Source: Yuukianura sp. NJ FZ-2021 (lineage: Eukaryota). Taken from it: a stretch of 64,000 bases of DNA. The translations under genes were made by a program, and so were the position numbers. The DNA is taken from contig CM102286.1 in assembly GCA_046563655.1 (NCBI GenBank), positions 11,284,001-11,348,000 on the forward strand. Reading direction: 5' to 3'. The notes beneath the pieces are model-generated. The model had not been told where the DNA came from, did not search any database, and was given only the letters and a program-made list of their open reading frames with translations. Positions 48,501 to 60,858 of this stretch are shown in pieces (positions within the stretch are counted from its first letter, which is position 1; the number at the start of each line of letters is the position of its first letter).

Positions 48501-50587
48501 GGAAGTTAAGAGTAACTAACAATAGAGGGAAGATACAGCAGTTAATTATTGAACAAATAGATAGTAGCTTATGGCTGCGCTAGATAAATAAGTTATAGGT
48601 ACAAGTGTAAGAACTCACGAGTATTCTGTCAAACGCGGATGGACTACCGCCTCGTTGCACATGTCCGAGTACTGTGACGCGCGTATCCTGATTCAATTTA
48701 TCGACGATAACTTGACGCACTTGCTCTGCAGTAATGGGATCCCCATTTCGATCGATTGCACCTTCAGATACGATTATAATATTCAAACGCTGTCCGGTTT
48801 CCCGCTCCTGTTATTATTGACAAAAACAATAAATAAACCAGTGTTAATTACGAAATAATAAACTGAAACAAAACAAAACAAGCATAGGCAGTCTATCGCA
48901 TTGCAGGGTTTTATAAGTAGAGGCAGCGAGGCAGGAATCTTAAGAATAGGCCAAAGATCAAAGTGAGGTCATTGCCTGTGTAAGCTTTCGACAAAGCTTG
49001 TTTTGCCAGTCAGTCTCCGCTGGCCATTCTGGAATGAACACAAAATCTGCTTCTGCTGCCAGCGCTCCCACCAATGCTAAATATCTAATGTTTTATATAA
49101 TACTATATTAGGTATAATAACAAAGAAGTTTTCGAAGAAGAAGGTTAAAAAACACTGCATAGGTTTTAAGGCGACTATTAAATGGGGCAGCGCAAACTTA
49201 AAACCAAACCACCAATCACCAGGTTAACTCAAACCTAAATTGGCTTGCCTTAATTAGTTTTTGACAGAGTTTCTGTTCCCAATCAATTGGAGGAGGAGAT
49301 TCCGGTAAAAAAACATAATCGGCTTCTGTTGACAAAGCGCCAACGACGGCCAAATATCTTTACATAAACGACAAAGATGCTAATGAAAAGCTATATGAAG
49401 ATTGGACTTTATACTATTTTAGTGCCAGTGATGTGTAGCGCGTAGTCAAAGAGAAATTCGAAACGTAAAACAGCGACGTACCCGCAGTTTCTGCCCATGA
49501 CTTCTAAAATAAATGTCCGTTGGTGCGACATTGCTGTGGAAACAATTGCGTCGACTGCCTCAATGATCCTATGAAGAGCGGAATCCGTGCCTGCAATATA
49601 AAATATACTAATTAATAATAAATGATAGGGGTATAAATTAGTATATATCATGTATAGCAACACGTTTTGAAAAATAAAATTCGAAACGAGAATGTACTTT
49701 CTGAAGACTCATGCCGAAGTTAGCACAATGCAGTGTGTGTTGCATGAATCACCCAAATAAACGAACAACGTTTTTACCTATTGTCATATCGGTTCCGCAG
49801 AAGTCGTTGTCAATGGATCCAACCATTCCAACAATATTAAGAGTCCCGTACTTTGAACGTTGATCGTCTGTTATAGTTTTTGTCTGAAGTAATTCGTCCA
49901 ACAATGACGGCCATTCTTGACGAAAAATGTTTGCTCCCGTTAGAGAACCATCGCCACCGATTACAACCAAATTTGAAATCCCATTTTCAATCAAATTTTT
50001 AGCAGCCTTTAATCGCCCTGCTCTCTCTCGAAAATCTTTACACCGAGCCGACCCAATTATTGTTCCACCCTGCAAACGAAAAGAGGATCGAAAAGAGGTA
50101 GTAAGTAGTGCATTTCCATTTCCAATTCCAACATCCAGCCAAGGTTATCAAAAAAATAACGCTAGCTCCCTAACCACGAATTTCGATTTGTATTATAGTA
50201 TTGGCGTTGTCTCATGTCTCACGTACTTTATGAATAATAGCCGAAACTGATGGCCAGTGTGCTTCTTCGATGTAGTTTCCACCATCAACCATTCCCTGAT
50301 ACCCTTCTTTGATGAAAAATACTTTACACCCAAAGTAAAGTCCGACTCTTACAACAGCTCTTGTAGCAGCATTCATTCCTAGTGAAAGTAAAGCAACATT
50401 GCCAGAGTATCATCATAATCTGAACCTAATTAATAGAATTAGAATTTTAGTTTGAATTACCCTGAGAATCGCCTCCTGATGTTAGAACAGCCATTCCCTT
50501 TCCAGCATGAGCACCAGGCATCGTGTTGAAGTGACTCTTCTTTTGTCCCTTTCGTGTCGCTGAAGAGCTGGGTGATACCGACGACAT
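45505..50587 (-). CDS. Pfk: ATP-dependent 6-phosphofructokinase (eukaryotic two-half PFK1), ~794 aa plus optional microexons
   Basis: Exons 50587-50461, 50378-50227, 50069-49778, 49590-49482, [49357-49249 or 49084-48976], 48807-48619, 48492-48302, 48172-48091, (47444-47421), (47256-47233), 46814-46418, 46329-46035, 45946-45505. Motifs [69 protein letters not shown]. Confidence 0.97.
47509..48001. mobile_element. piggyBac-type non-autonomous element (493 bp) in a Pfk intron
   Basis: TTAA TSD (47505-47508, 48002-48005) and 12-bp TIR CCCGTTAATTTC / GAAATTAACGGG. No ORF. Confidence 0.85.
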
Positions 50588-50951
50588 TGCTAGGCAACAG
50601 CTGAAATGGCTGAATAGGTAACGATAATTTAAATACACTACTTTCCTTTTAGTGAAGTTGAGGAGACTGACCAAGACCATGGAAGTTACTACCTACCTAC
50701 TAAACCATTCCCAGCGCTCGGTCAGACCATTACCAAGTAGGTCCAGAGTTCCTCCACTAAAATTAAAGGGAAGGAAGGACGAAGGAGTTTCTCATTTCCT
50801 GATACAGCAGATTCCGCATCTTTTCATTGCAATTTGCAATAGTCAAAATTACAGGAACTCGAAGAGATTGACGTAAGCCTGAATGAGCGCTTTTGTACCC
50901 ACGCTGTAAAATGAGAATGATTTGTTAACCACACTGCACTGCTTTGCTCAT

Positions 50952-51250
50952 TAAGTAGCGAAAGCTACTTATTGGTTTGACGTTGTCGGTCTGTCCGTCT
51001 GACCGGACGTCAGCGGCAATTATCTCGGAAATGGTTTAACATTTCCAGGATCTTTTTTCGCTGGTGGACACCTAGTGCCGCGGTGATGGGCACTGTTGAA
51101 AATTATCCCGGTGGGTGAACTCCTTCCGGGTCAAAGGTCAAGGTCAACCGGTTTCATCACCAGTAACATGGAAAATGATCTCTACAAAAGTTGTTCGTTT
51201 CGTCGGACCAACACCTTTTGTGTATATCACATGACCCCAAGTTTTCTCGC
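50952..51250 (+). mobile_element. Possible Helentron/DINE-1-like non-autonomous element fragment upstream of Pfk
   Basis: Terminal hairpin TAAGTAGC-GAAA-GCTACTTA, a short GTCY run (GTCGGTCTGTCCGTCTG), ATCTCGGAAA, and GGTCAAAGGTCAAGGTCA shared with 54105-54160 and the 42.5 kb foldback. The right boundary is uncertain. Confidence 0.45.
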
Positions 51251-51259
51251 GGATGTGTA

Positions 51260-51555
51260 AGTATGCTAAAATTTAATAAAAAAAAAGAGATATTTCTCTA
51301 GGAGTCTACAATTTACTAAAAATTAAGTTCATTACTCCAGTAAGCTATAATTTAATAAAAAAAAAAAAGACTACTGCTCTCGTAGGCTACAATTTACTTA
51401 AGAAAAGCTTACTCCTTTAGTCCGCTACAATTTCCTTAAGAAAGCTGTACATATTAGGCTACAATTTACTAAAAAAGCTTATTCCTCTTGGGCTATCTTT
51501 TAAAAAAGCAAGTTTATTACTCTAATAGTAGGCTACAATTTACTCTCAAAAAGTT
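51260..51555. repeat. Degenerate ~35-45 bp tandem repeat with core GCTACAATTTAC
   Basis: About seven (G)CTACAATTT(A/C)CT...AAAA units are visible. Confidence 0.7.
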
Positions 51556-52056
51556 ACACACGCTTTTCAACCCTATCATTTCGGGAGAACATATCCTTAA
51601 AACTGTGGATTACCTTGGCGTTTTTACCACTTACCATTACCTTTTTTTGGAATACGTTGGACAAGCATTATGGAGACAGATTTCAATATATATAATACGA
51701 ATTTCTTCGTACACCAACTTAAGCCAACCGCCAAGGAAGAAAAAGAACTTTGAGTTTCATCATATAGCATCCTACCTGGAAATCTTTTTCGACGTGTTTT
51801 TTGTTCTTAACGCTCAAAAATTATTTTAGGATTTCAAGAACGGGCATTTGTTATATTTTGGAACAGGTGGAAAACAACATTGTTTTTTGAAGGTTAGAAA
51901 AATTTACACATTTATCTTGGATGAGAAACATTCAGAAAATATCTTACCTGAGGTATATCGCGAACCGTGAAATACTAAAGCCATTCTATTTCAAGGTGTT
52001 TCAGCTTCTAGATAATTCTGTGTTGAGTACCACATAAAAGTAGAGATATTTTTGTA

Positions 52057-53356
52057 ATGGATCGAACCAATTTGTGGGTGAGGTTAATGTATACTTGGAC
52101 AAGGTTTATGCGCTACGTACCGGTAACATACCATTTTGGACATGGACTTCCTGATACTATTGTTCCGACTAAAAACAACGCAATCTACAAGGCGTTTGCT
52201 GTATTTTCTACGGTTGCTTCTGGGACACTTATAGTATGTTGGTACTACGAAACCGTTTTCGGTGGTACGACCAAATTTGAAAAAGTAATTGCTGTGGGGA
52301 TAAACAGCGTCTTTAATGTAATGCATGTGGCACAATGGATTCTACTCATTCCGACTACACGACAACGTTGTATCAACGTCACAAACATTATTCTCGATAC
52401 CAAGTTCCATTCATCCGGAAAATTGCCGCGCTATTATGGAATGGTGTGTTTCCTCATATGTTCGGCAACAATGATGTACCCATTTATCGTACTGCCATTC
52501 ATATATGCTATGTCGTGGGCACTACCTGGACTCTTCACAACAATTCACAATATACTGGCCACTACTGTTTCCCAATTCAGCATCCCGCAGTCTACAACGT
52601 ACGTTCGGCTGTTCACCATAGTCCAATTTATAACTTTTGCTAGTATTGCAGTAGGCATAGGTCATTCAGTAGTCGCTAGTAGTACGTTGTTTCATTGGAT
52701 CTTCATGTATTTTTTCACAACTAATCGACAACTAAAGGATCTCTCGTTGACCGAGTATGTTGTATAAAATTTGTCGTGTAGTTATGGTTTTTCGGTTTTT
52801 TACATTTTTGAATTGTTTTTTGTGTGTTTTGATTAAATTTTGATTATTTTTTAACTTTGCCTGTAGTGAAGTACTCCGGCAAGAAGCAGGGAAAATTGCA
52901 ACTCCTCAAATTTGCCCAGATACATCACAGTATTTGAAAGTTAAAGTAATCGGTAAAGGATTTCTCGAAGCTTTTGGAGGTTTCATTACTGTAATTGCAA
53001 TTAATGTTTTAGTAGTTATAATTATTTTTTCATTTTTTGTAATTCGTGCAAGTGCTGAGTATCCAATTGCGATAGTTTTTGTTATTGTTGATGCGGATTT
53101 CATTACTGCAGTATGTACAGCCCTCCTCTTGTCTATTGGAACCGATCAGCACATTTTATCTAAAAGTTTAATTAAACTCGCTCGTAACCAAGGTAGAAAC
53201 TCCTGCTCAGAATATAAATCAAAATTTTGGAGGAGCATGACTCCACTACGCATCGATGTTGGGAGTTTTGCATCGCTTGAAACCAAAGAATTCATTTTGC
53301 TCATTTGGTCACAAGTAGTTATTGTAGCAATTATAAACCTGCTTTTAGCATTTTAG
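52057..53356 (+). CDS. Gustatory/chemoreceptor-like multi-pass membrane protein, 2 exons, 395 aa
   Basis: Exons 52057-52754 and 52867-53356 are in phase (1188 nt). Several TM helices, C-terminus FWRSMTPLRIDVGSF...IINLLLAF. Confidence 0.75.
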
Positions 53357-53556
53357 AATGATAACATATTCAGCATTCATCTAACGTTAAAGAGTTAAGT
53401 TTACAATTTAAAAGTTATTATTGAACCTATTTCGTTAGATTTAAACTCAAACCACAGCACCACTTTGCAAAATGTGAGTTTGTTTTATTTTTAAAGCGTC
53501 TTATGAGATGTACTCAAAATTTTTCTGATTTTTACCTTCTGTGTAATTTGTGTAGT

Positions 53557-53870
53557 AGAGGATGACTCCATTCGCTGTCGGGAGTTTTCTTCGCTTCAAA
53601 CTAAAGAATTCGTTTTGCTGTATTGGTCGCAAGTAGTTATTTTATCAATTGTAAATCTTCTGTTAACATTTTAGAGTGATAAGGATAACTTATTCAGGAC
53701 TCCTGGTGTGTAAATTTAATAATTTGCAAATTAAAAGTTATAATTAAAAAAAATTCACTTCGCACTTCGCGAATTCTGAATTAATAAAATGTGTGCTTAT
53801 TGTATTTTTGAGTTTAAAAGTTTTTTTACGAGATGTACTAAAAAGTTTTCTGCTTTTTACCTTGTATAGT
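53557..53870 (+). pseudogene. Partial tandem duplicate of the 3' end of the upstream receptor gene
   Basis: ATGACTCCA...GGGAGTTTT...AAAGAATTC...TGGTCGCAAGTAGTTATT...CATTTTAG parallels 53237-53356, and the downstream UTR blocks are also duplicated. No upstream exons. Confidence 0.75.
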
Positions 53871-54954
53871 AGAGGAATAATATGTGAACATTGTAACAAT
53901 TAAATTACTAGCAAAAAATATGTTAACTTATTTAGTTAAGTTGTGTTGAACTTATTGCTTAACATTTACAGTGTGATACAAAATTTTACGTCTGCTCAGG
54001 TTAGATTACACAAACTTTTTCAACAAACGTTGTACCGAAAATTTAACATTAGTTTTGACGCCATACCGGTGTGAATGTTTGCGTGGTTTCGCATTCCAGG
54101 CGCAGGGCCAAAGGTCAAGGTCAGCAAGTTTCATCCATTACTAACATAGAAAATGACAGAAATTTTCGTCTCATGTAGACTTTTCTGTAAACTGACATCC
54201 TTTCTGGTCAAAGGTCAACTTTTCCATTTTACAGTTCACAACCGCATAGTGCATTACAGATTACTGTATAATTCACCTTACAAGTTACAAGCCGTTTTCA
54301 TTAAACTCATGCAAGGATCGCAATGCTTATTTAATTTGTGTTCTTGTTTCTTCGAACGGATGTCGTGGACTTCCATTGTCGAGGTGCTATATAAGCACCA
54401 AGGATTATCACCCTACCTTCAACCTTAATTAAGTATAAAAAAAAAGTTTCAGTTTTTCAACGTCTGGAAAAAATTATTGACAAACAAATGCCTATATTTT
54501 TTCGCACTTTCTTTCTTTTTTCCTCGCTAATCAAAAAAAAAAGAGAATTGACATCACATTTAATTTAGGATCTAACAAGTCAAAAAAAATATTCCAGCAA
54601 TTAAATTTTGTTTACCTTCAATTTCATACCGCCATATGCAATGGATTTCATTTGGCGAAGTCATATATACTGTTAATTAATAAGGTCGCCCCTCTAGTTT
54701 TTAATTTAAGTTCGGAATTCGATACTGTTCAATATTGATCACAAAATTGATCAACATGCATGGTTTGTTTTTCAATCGATTATTTTGATTACCTTATCCA
54801 AGGTGTTATAATTTCCCAATTTGAATGTGTTAATTCTATATAATGTAATTAAACACATCCACTTTTTACCACTCCCTTCCACCTTTGTATTTCTTTCCAT
54901 TTTACTTTTGGCCGAAAGCTTCAGTTGCAGTTTAGGTGCTACTGAAATCCGAAC

Positions 54955-56284
54955 ATGGTCCTGTCCGAAGTAATTCCGTTTATACAAGTTCAACTTAAAA
55001 TTCTACAGATGCTTGGAATGTCACCTTTCATATACTCAAATTCTACAAAACAGTTTGAAAATACAACGCCAAATTCTAAATTCTTACGGCGTATTCGAAT
55101 TGAAGTGGCTGCTATCTTGATCTACATCACATTCGCAACGGTCAATGGCGTCTACCATCTCTACTTTCTGGATCAGCTAGAATCAAAAGCTCTTCGGCTC
55201 ACAAACGCCAATGATCGCCTTTTTGTTCTGTTTTTCACTTTGGTATTTCCAGCCGTTTGCGCCACTATCTCACCGTTACTGATGATACCTCATGACATTG
55301 TAGCTTCACTCAACTCCATGTTAATCTTCGAAAGATCAATTTTCCTCGATGAAAACAAAAACAGATCAAAGTCAAGTCGGCCGTTTCTGAAAATCCTGCT
55401 GGCGTCGTTCACGCAACTGTCGCTAACGGGTCCGTTCAGTGTCGCCGTCTTCAATATATTCAAACCATCGCTATTACCATTCCTGGGTTCTGCTTTGCCA
55501 CCTCTGAACAAGGTCCTAGAAACTGAGGACTGCACAGGCGCAGTAGCCACGATCCTTGCTCATATTGGCGCAGTCGTGTTTCAGTTCTGGTTTTACTTAG
55601 TAGCAGCAAGTTCGGGGTTCTTGCTTATCGGGCATACGTTTATGATTTTGTCGTTCAGTATGCATCATTCGTTCAAATTTTTAATCAGGTATAAAACAAC
55701 AAAGTAAAAGGGTGGGAAATTTTATTTCTACTTAAATCTTTGATTTTTGCATAAGGGAAAATGGATATTTGACTACTAACGAGCAATTTTTGCGGCAATT
55801 GGTTCAATATCAGAAGATGAGGTTGTTGGAGGTTAACATGAACTCCTGTTTTCGAAAAACGTTTCTGCCAAGTGCATTTTTCTACATTTGCGTATTAAAC
55901 ATTTTCGGAATGACGTTAACCGTGTCAACTATAAATGAAATGGGTCTCCGAAGTACCGTCCCCATTAGAGAAACCGACGGTGAGAGCGGAACCGCAAGAC
56001 TCGGAAAAATTCTTTTTCCAATGATTTTCATCCAGGGCTATATTGCAACAATGACGCTGGGGACTGTCGCTGGTAAGCTGAACAAAACTTCCAAACGGTT
56101 TCTGCGTAAATTAAAACATTCCCACTATCATGCTGGACTCAAAAATCAAGAGTTTTTAGTAGCATGGAGATCCTGCGCTCCAATAAAAATTCGTTTTGCA
56201 AATAACTTTTTTGAAATTTCGACTCCACTTGTAATTCTTTCTTTTTGTCTCAAAATTACTGTTAGACTACTTTTGTTTACCTAA
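54955..56284 (+). CDS. Gustatory/chemoreceptor-like multi-pass membrane protein, 2 exons, 420 aa
   Basis: Exons 54955-55688 and 55756-56284 are in phase (1263 nt). N-terminal LQMLGMSPF (GR-like), C-terminus WRSCAPIKIRFANNFF...TVRLLLFT. Confidence 0.78.
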
Positions 56285-56768
56285 AAGTATTTCTCATTCT
56301 TAGAATAAAAAAAAAATCAATTAAAGAATTAAATTCTATCACAGACTGTTTATAGTATTAAGAATTCCTTTCCATTTTTAGTGTTGTTTACTTTCAAAAG
56401 CATTTCAATAACCCGACTACAGTAAGTAGAAAAGACACAAAAACATCACCTTAAAAATTGAAGTTCTTGTGTCAATCAGGTTCACTTACAATTAGAACTC
56501 GCTGGATGTTTTTCATATTTTTTCAACCGATCAGGCAATACCGCGCATATGTTCATGACAGTTTTTCATGTTTCTTGCATCCCGGACGCACAAAGTGGTT
56601 TCCAGTGTCAATCATACAAACCGCACTTCCTTTAATTTCGCTTGTAAAAACAAACTCCAAATTAAGCTAAACTAAGGTTCGAATTTGAAAAGTTAGCGTT
56701 ACTTAAACTCCACTTTGTCCTTGCGTACATAGTCGGAATCCAAACTTACAGCAGCGTTGACTTTCAAG

Positions 56769-57519
56769 ATGGTGTCGAAGTCAAATCCGCCCTGTTGTAT
56801 GAGCTTGGAAAGTGGAGTCAAAGCGGTGGCAATTGGACACATGGTAAGAATGGCAATTAAAACTGAATAAAATAATATAACATGAATAAAAATAATAAAC
56901 TCATGTAAAATGATTAAATGTGTGCTGAATAATTTTTATGCAATAACTCATAGGTTCTGGATGTGATTGGTTTCATCATTTACCTCTGGTTTACAATTGC
57001 TGTTGGTCACGTCCAAGCCAAGTATGGTGGCAAAGAGAGTACGTAAGGAACTTAGGTAACTATCAACCTGGAATGAGGTAAAATTATTATATTTTTTTTC
57101 CTTGTTAGCAACTTCTGGAGCTGTTTTTATTATGGTCATTTTGGTATTTAATATGCTTTGTTGCATCCTACATTTTGCACTTTGCATTGTTCTCTACCAG
57201 GGTGCAGAACAGGTTTAGAAAAAGTTAAAATAGAAAATACTCCTCAGTTTGAACAATGACTTTAAAATATTTGTTGTAGCGCAATCATTCAAAATGCCGG
57301 ATATGGTTCATCGTTACCATCGTGTTCACGATTTTTTCGTTCCTGGGGAGCTTGCTCAGCGGGGAAATACAGGAAATTCTCCCTGGCATTGTTTTAGCTC
57401 TTGTTAAAATTTACCTACTCTGGGTAGTTCTCGCTTTCATGGAAGAAATCAAACGAGGTCAAGGAACTACGGAATTGAGAAATGACCCAGAAGTCAACCC
57501 CGCTCAAACAGACAACTAA
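56769..57519 (+). CDS. Small four-TM protein (DUF4728/LAPTM-like), 4 exons, 167 aa
   Basis: Exons 56769-56843, 56954-57038, 57109-57212, 57280-57519 are in phase (504 nt). N-terminal CCMSLESGVKAVA, then LYQGAEQRNH..C.IW, four hydrophobic helices and YLLWVVLAF. Confidence 0.75.
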
Positions 57520-58650
57520 GAGTAGAGTGTGCTGAAAATGGAAAACTCGACATTCGGTCTTCAAACTGCACTGAAACGTTCATGCTTACGAATATGGTAT
57601 ATGCAGAACATTTTTCGCTTACAAAAATTGATTTTATGTTGACATATTTGTAAAAAACACATTCTGTAATGCTAAGTTCTTCCCGCTGTTGGACAAAGTT
57701 GTAAGTAAATCTACTACCTTATAACATACTGAAACCATCGACGTATCAAAGCGATTTCATTCTATAAGTTAGATACGAAGGTGGTTTTCAGGTAACTTTA
57801 TTTGAAACCATTTTTAACAATCTCTACTTTTAGTACGTAAGTGAATAACTTCATGCAGAATATTAATTGCTTTGATTGTGGATATTAATCCAAACTTTTA
57901 GTTAAATGAACCTTTGTTTGTACACCAGCGAATGCTGGCGCTGCATTCGCAAACGAACACAACACGGTGAAGTATTGCGGATTGTGGTTGGGAACGGTAA
58001 AATAAAAACACGTTGATCTTCGACTGGGTAGAGGAGGTCATTTGTGGTCATGTGATGTACAATACCGTCCGGGAACCATTTTAAAGGGTTTTGTGTACTT
58101 GAAGTTTTGAACGAAAGCGAATGTGGAAAGCAATACAAATTAACATGTGAAGATGTTGATTTGATTTGAATTTACATTCCACGTTGTATCGGCGGTTTAC
58201 ATAACATAATTTTAGTTCCTACATATGATAAATACATAAGAAAAATAACCTGAATTCGTTAGAAAAAAAATGTTGAACTTGAATCCGATTGGAGACAGTT
58301 TTTAACGTATACTAAATAAGTTCCGTTTGATGATTTCAGGCGTGACCTTATACAATAGAGAAATAAAAATATATATACGATATTTTTCCATCTTTCAAAA
58401 TTTCAAAAAGCATTATATCACAGATAAAAAGTCAAGGCCAAGTTCAAACTAGAAGTTCAATTTTATGACATCGAAATAGGACTAAATTATGAAATTATTA
58501 TGCGCAGGCTGCATAACGATAGTGTAAATATAATTAGTGCCTTCTATAAAATTCTGGAGAAACAGGAGAGATTCAACATGAAGTCAACTTACTCTAGGTT
58601 TCGGTTTTTCTAACACGCGGTCTAAAGAGCAATTGAATCAATTTTTTAAA

Positions 58651-60858
58651 ATGACACCGTTTCTTATTTTCGCTTTGACCGTCACCGTTCTCTTGTTCAC
58701 TTTGAAAAAAAATTCACAACGGACACATCTTCCACCAGGTAAATTTGTTTCTTCTGGTAAAATATATTTGTGCAAAAACTGAATTTTAATGATTGAAACT
58801 TTTCCTCCTTTTTTATTAAAGGACCATTTCGGTTGCCTTTTGTTGGAGTACTGCCAATACTGGCCTATGGAGGATTTCAAAAAAATTTTGCGAAATGGAA
58901 AATTCAATTTGGAAATATTTTCAGTTTTAACAATGGCTCCGAGAGGTTGCATGCCATCATAACATATGATAAATTAACTGACTTTAAATGCATTTCTAAT
59001 TTCAACCAATTTCTGATGAATGTTTTTAACTAATTTATGTTTCAAGAGTTGTTCTAAGTGGCTACAACCTAATCAAAGAAGCATTTAGCCTGGACGAATT
59101 TTCTGGACGCCCTTTTAGTCCACACGTTCGTGTAATCGCCGGAGAAGAGAAAAGAGGTGCAATTTGCTTTAAATGCGATACCACCAAACACTTAATAGAA
59201 CAATTTGTACAATTTTTGTTCAGTATTTCCTGGATAATTTTTTTAAAAAGTACAATGGTTTAGGAATTGTCCGTGCAGAAGGTGCTCATTGGGAAGCACA
59301 GCGACGTTTTACTCTGCGAAATTTACGCGACTTCGGGTTTGGTAAGCGATCTATGGATGCAGCTATGCACGAAGACATCGTTGAGCTAATCGCCAAGTTC
59401 AGAGAGCTCAAAGGTCAGCCGGTTTCAATAGGACTCATGTTCAACGCGTCTATGGTTAATGTCTTGAGCCAACTTCTGTTGAGCCACAAATTTGAGCTGG
59501 ATAGCCACGAACCTCACCTTATTGGTCACAACTTGAATATGTACGTTCGAATTAGTTTTGCTCTTCTTTGGCTTCCTACGTCAACATACCTACTCTCTCA
59601 TTGCTTTTGTTGATAGGCAATGTGGCTAACAACAGTTTAAAAATTAGGAGCTCGGAAATATGTAAGAACTCTTTCACAATTTTCTTTAATGTAACAGAGG
59701 AGCTGCGGTGATGCTAGGAAATGTCAAACCCTTGCCAATGAACGACTTTGTACTTAACCTTGCTCCAAAATGGACACGATGGACAGAGTTCAAAACTTCT
59801 GTTGTATTTGTAAAGAAGTTTATAAATGACCAACTTCAGTACCACAAGAACACGTTTCAGGAAACCAACTTTCGAAACTTTATAGACGTTTACATGAATG
59901 AAATTAATCAAACAAAGGATCCCAGTTCTTCGTTTTTTAAAAATGCTGGTGGTAATTTCAACAAATTATGCCAATGCATTTTTTTATACCGAATTCACTA
60001 AAAACTGCTCATTCCTTGACATATTTTTCTTTGCAGAGGAGAATTTGCGAACCGTAATTATGAATCTATTTGCTGGTGGTACCGAAAGCATGAGGTTAAG
60101 TTTAATAATTTTTCTTGTCCAGTAAATAACTGAATTCAATAATTAAAAATGATTGAGTAATAATTCGAGCCCGCTCAATTCAATTCTTTTTATTTAGTTC
60201 AACGTTAAAGTGGGCTGTATTCTATTTATCAAGACATCCAGAAATACAGACAGAACTTCAATCTGAAATAGACCATGTGATTGGGAAGTCAAGACTACCG
60301 AGTTTGGATGATAAAAATGAGTAAGATTTTAAGAGAAAGCGAAAACGGGTAGCTCCCGTCATTTAACTGTTTGTTGAAGTTGATATTTTTGTATTTTTTT
60401 TATGTAGCATGCCATTTGTTTCGGCAACAATCTTGGAAATTCTTCGGAAATCTACAATTCTTCCTGTGGGCGCTCCACATCGTACGATGTCCGAAGTGAA
60501 GTTTCATGGTTTTACAATTCCAAAGCACACGAGTGTTTTCTCAAACATTTACGATCTGCATCACAACAAGGAGATTTGGGGCGACCCAGAAATTTTTCGA
60601 CCTCAAAGGTTCTTAACCCCTGACGGAAAAGCTGTGGTCAAAGGTCATCCACCTGTAATTCCTTTTGGCATTGGAAAAAGACAATGTATTGGGGAAACAA
60701 TGGCTAGAAACACCATATTCCTCTTCCTCGTTAGTCTATTTCAGACGTTTCGCATCAATTCATCTTTGTCGTCTCCGGAAGACGTATACAGGCCAGGGGA
60801 TTTGTTTTCGTTTGCACCCGATTTCAAAGTCATCTTCACCGAACGACATGAGCAATAA
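58651..60858 (+). CDS. Cytochrome P450, clan 2 (CYP15/303/304/305-like), 8 exons, 494 aa
   Basis: Exons 58651-58738, 58822-58945, 59047-59156, 59264-59540, 59698-59951, 60037-60094, 60198-60320, 60408-60858 (1485 nt). N-terminal anchor, PPGP hinge, WEAQRRFTLRNLRDFGFGK, AGGTES, EILR, FRPQRF, heme motif FGIGKRQCIG. Confidence 0.93.

Noticed and set aside
57929..57951. GC-rich hairpin GCGAATGC-N7-GCATTCGC and the nearby 78-aa ORF
   Set aside because: An isolated 8-bp stem with no tRNA or snoRNA boxes, and an ORF without motifs.
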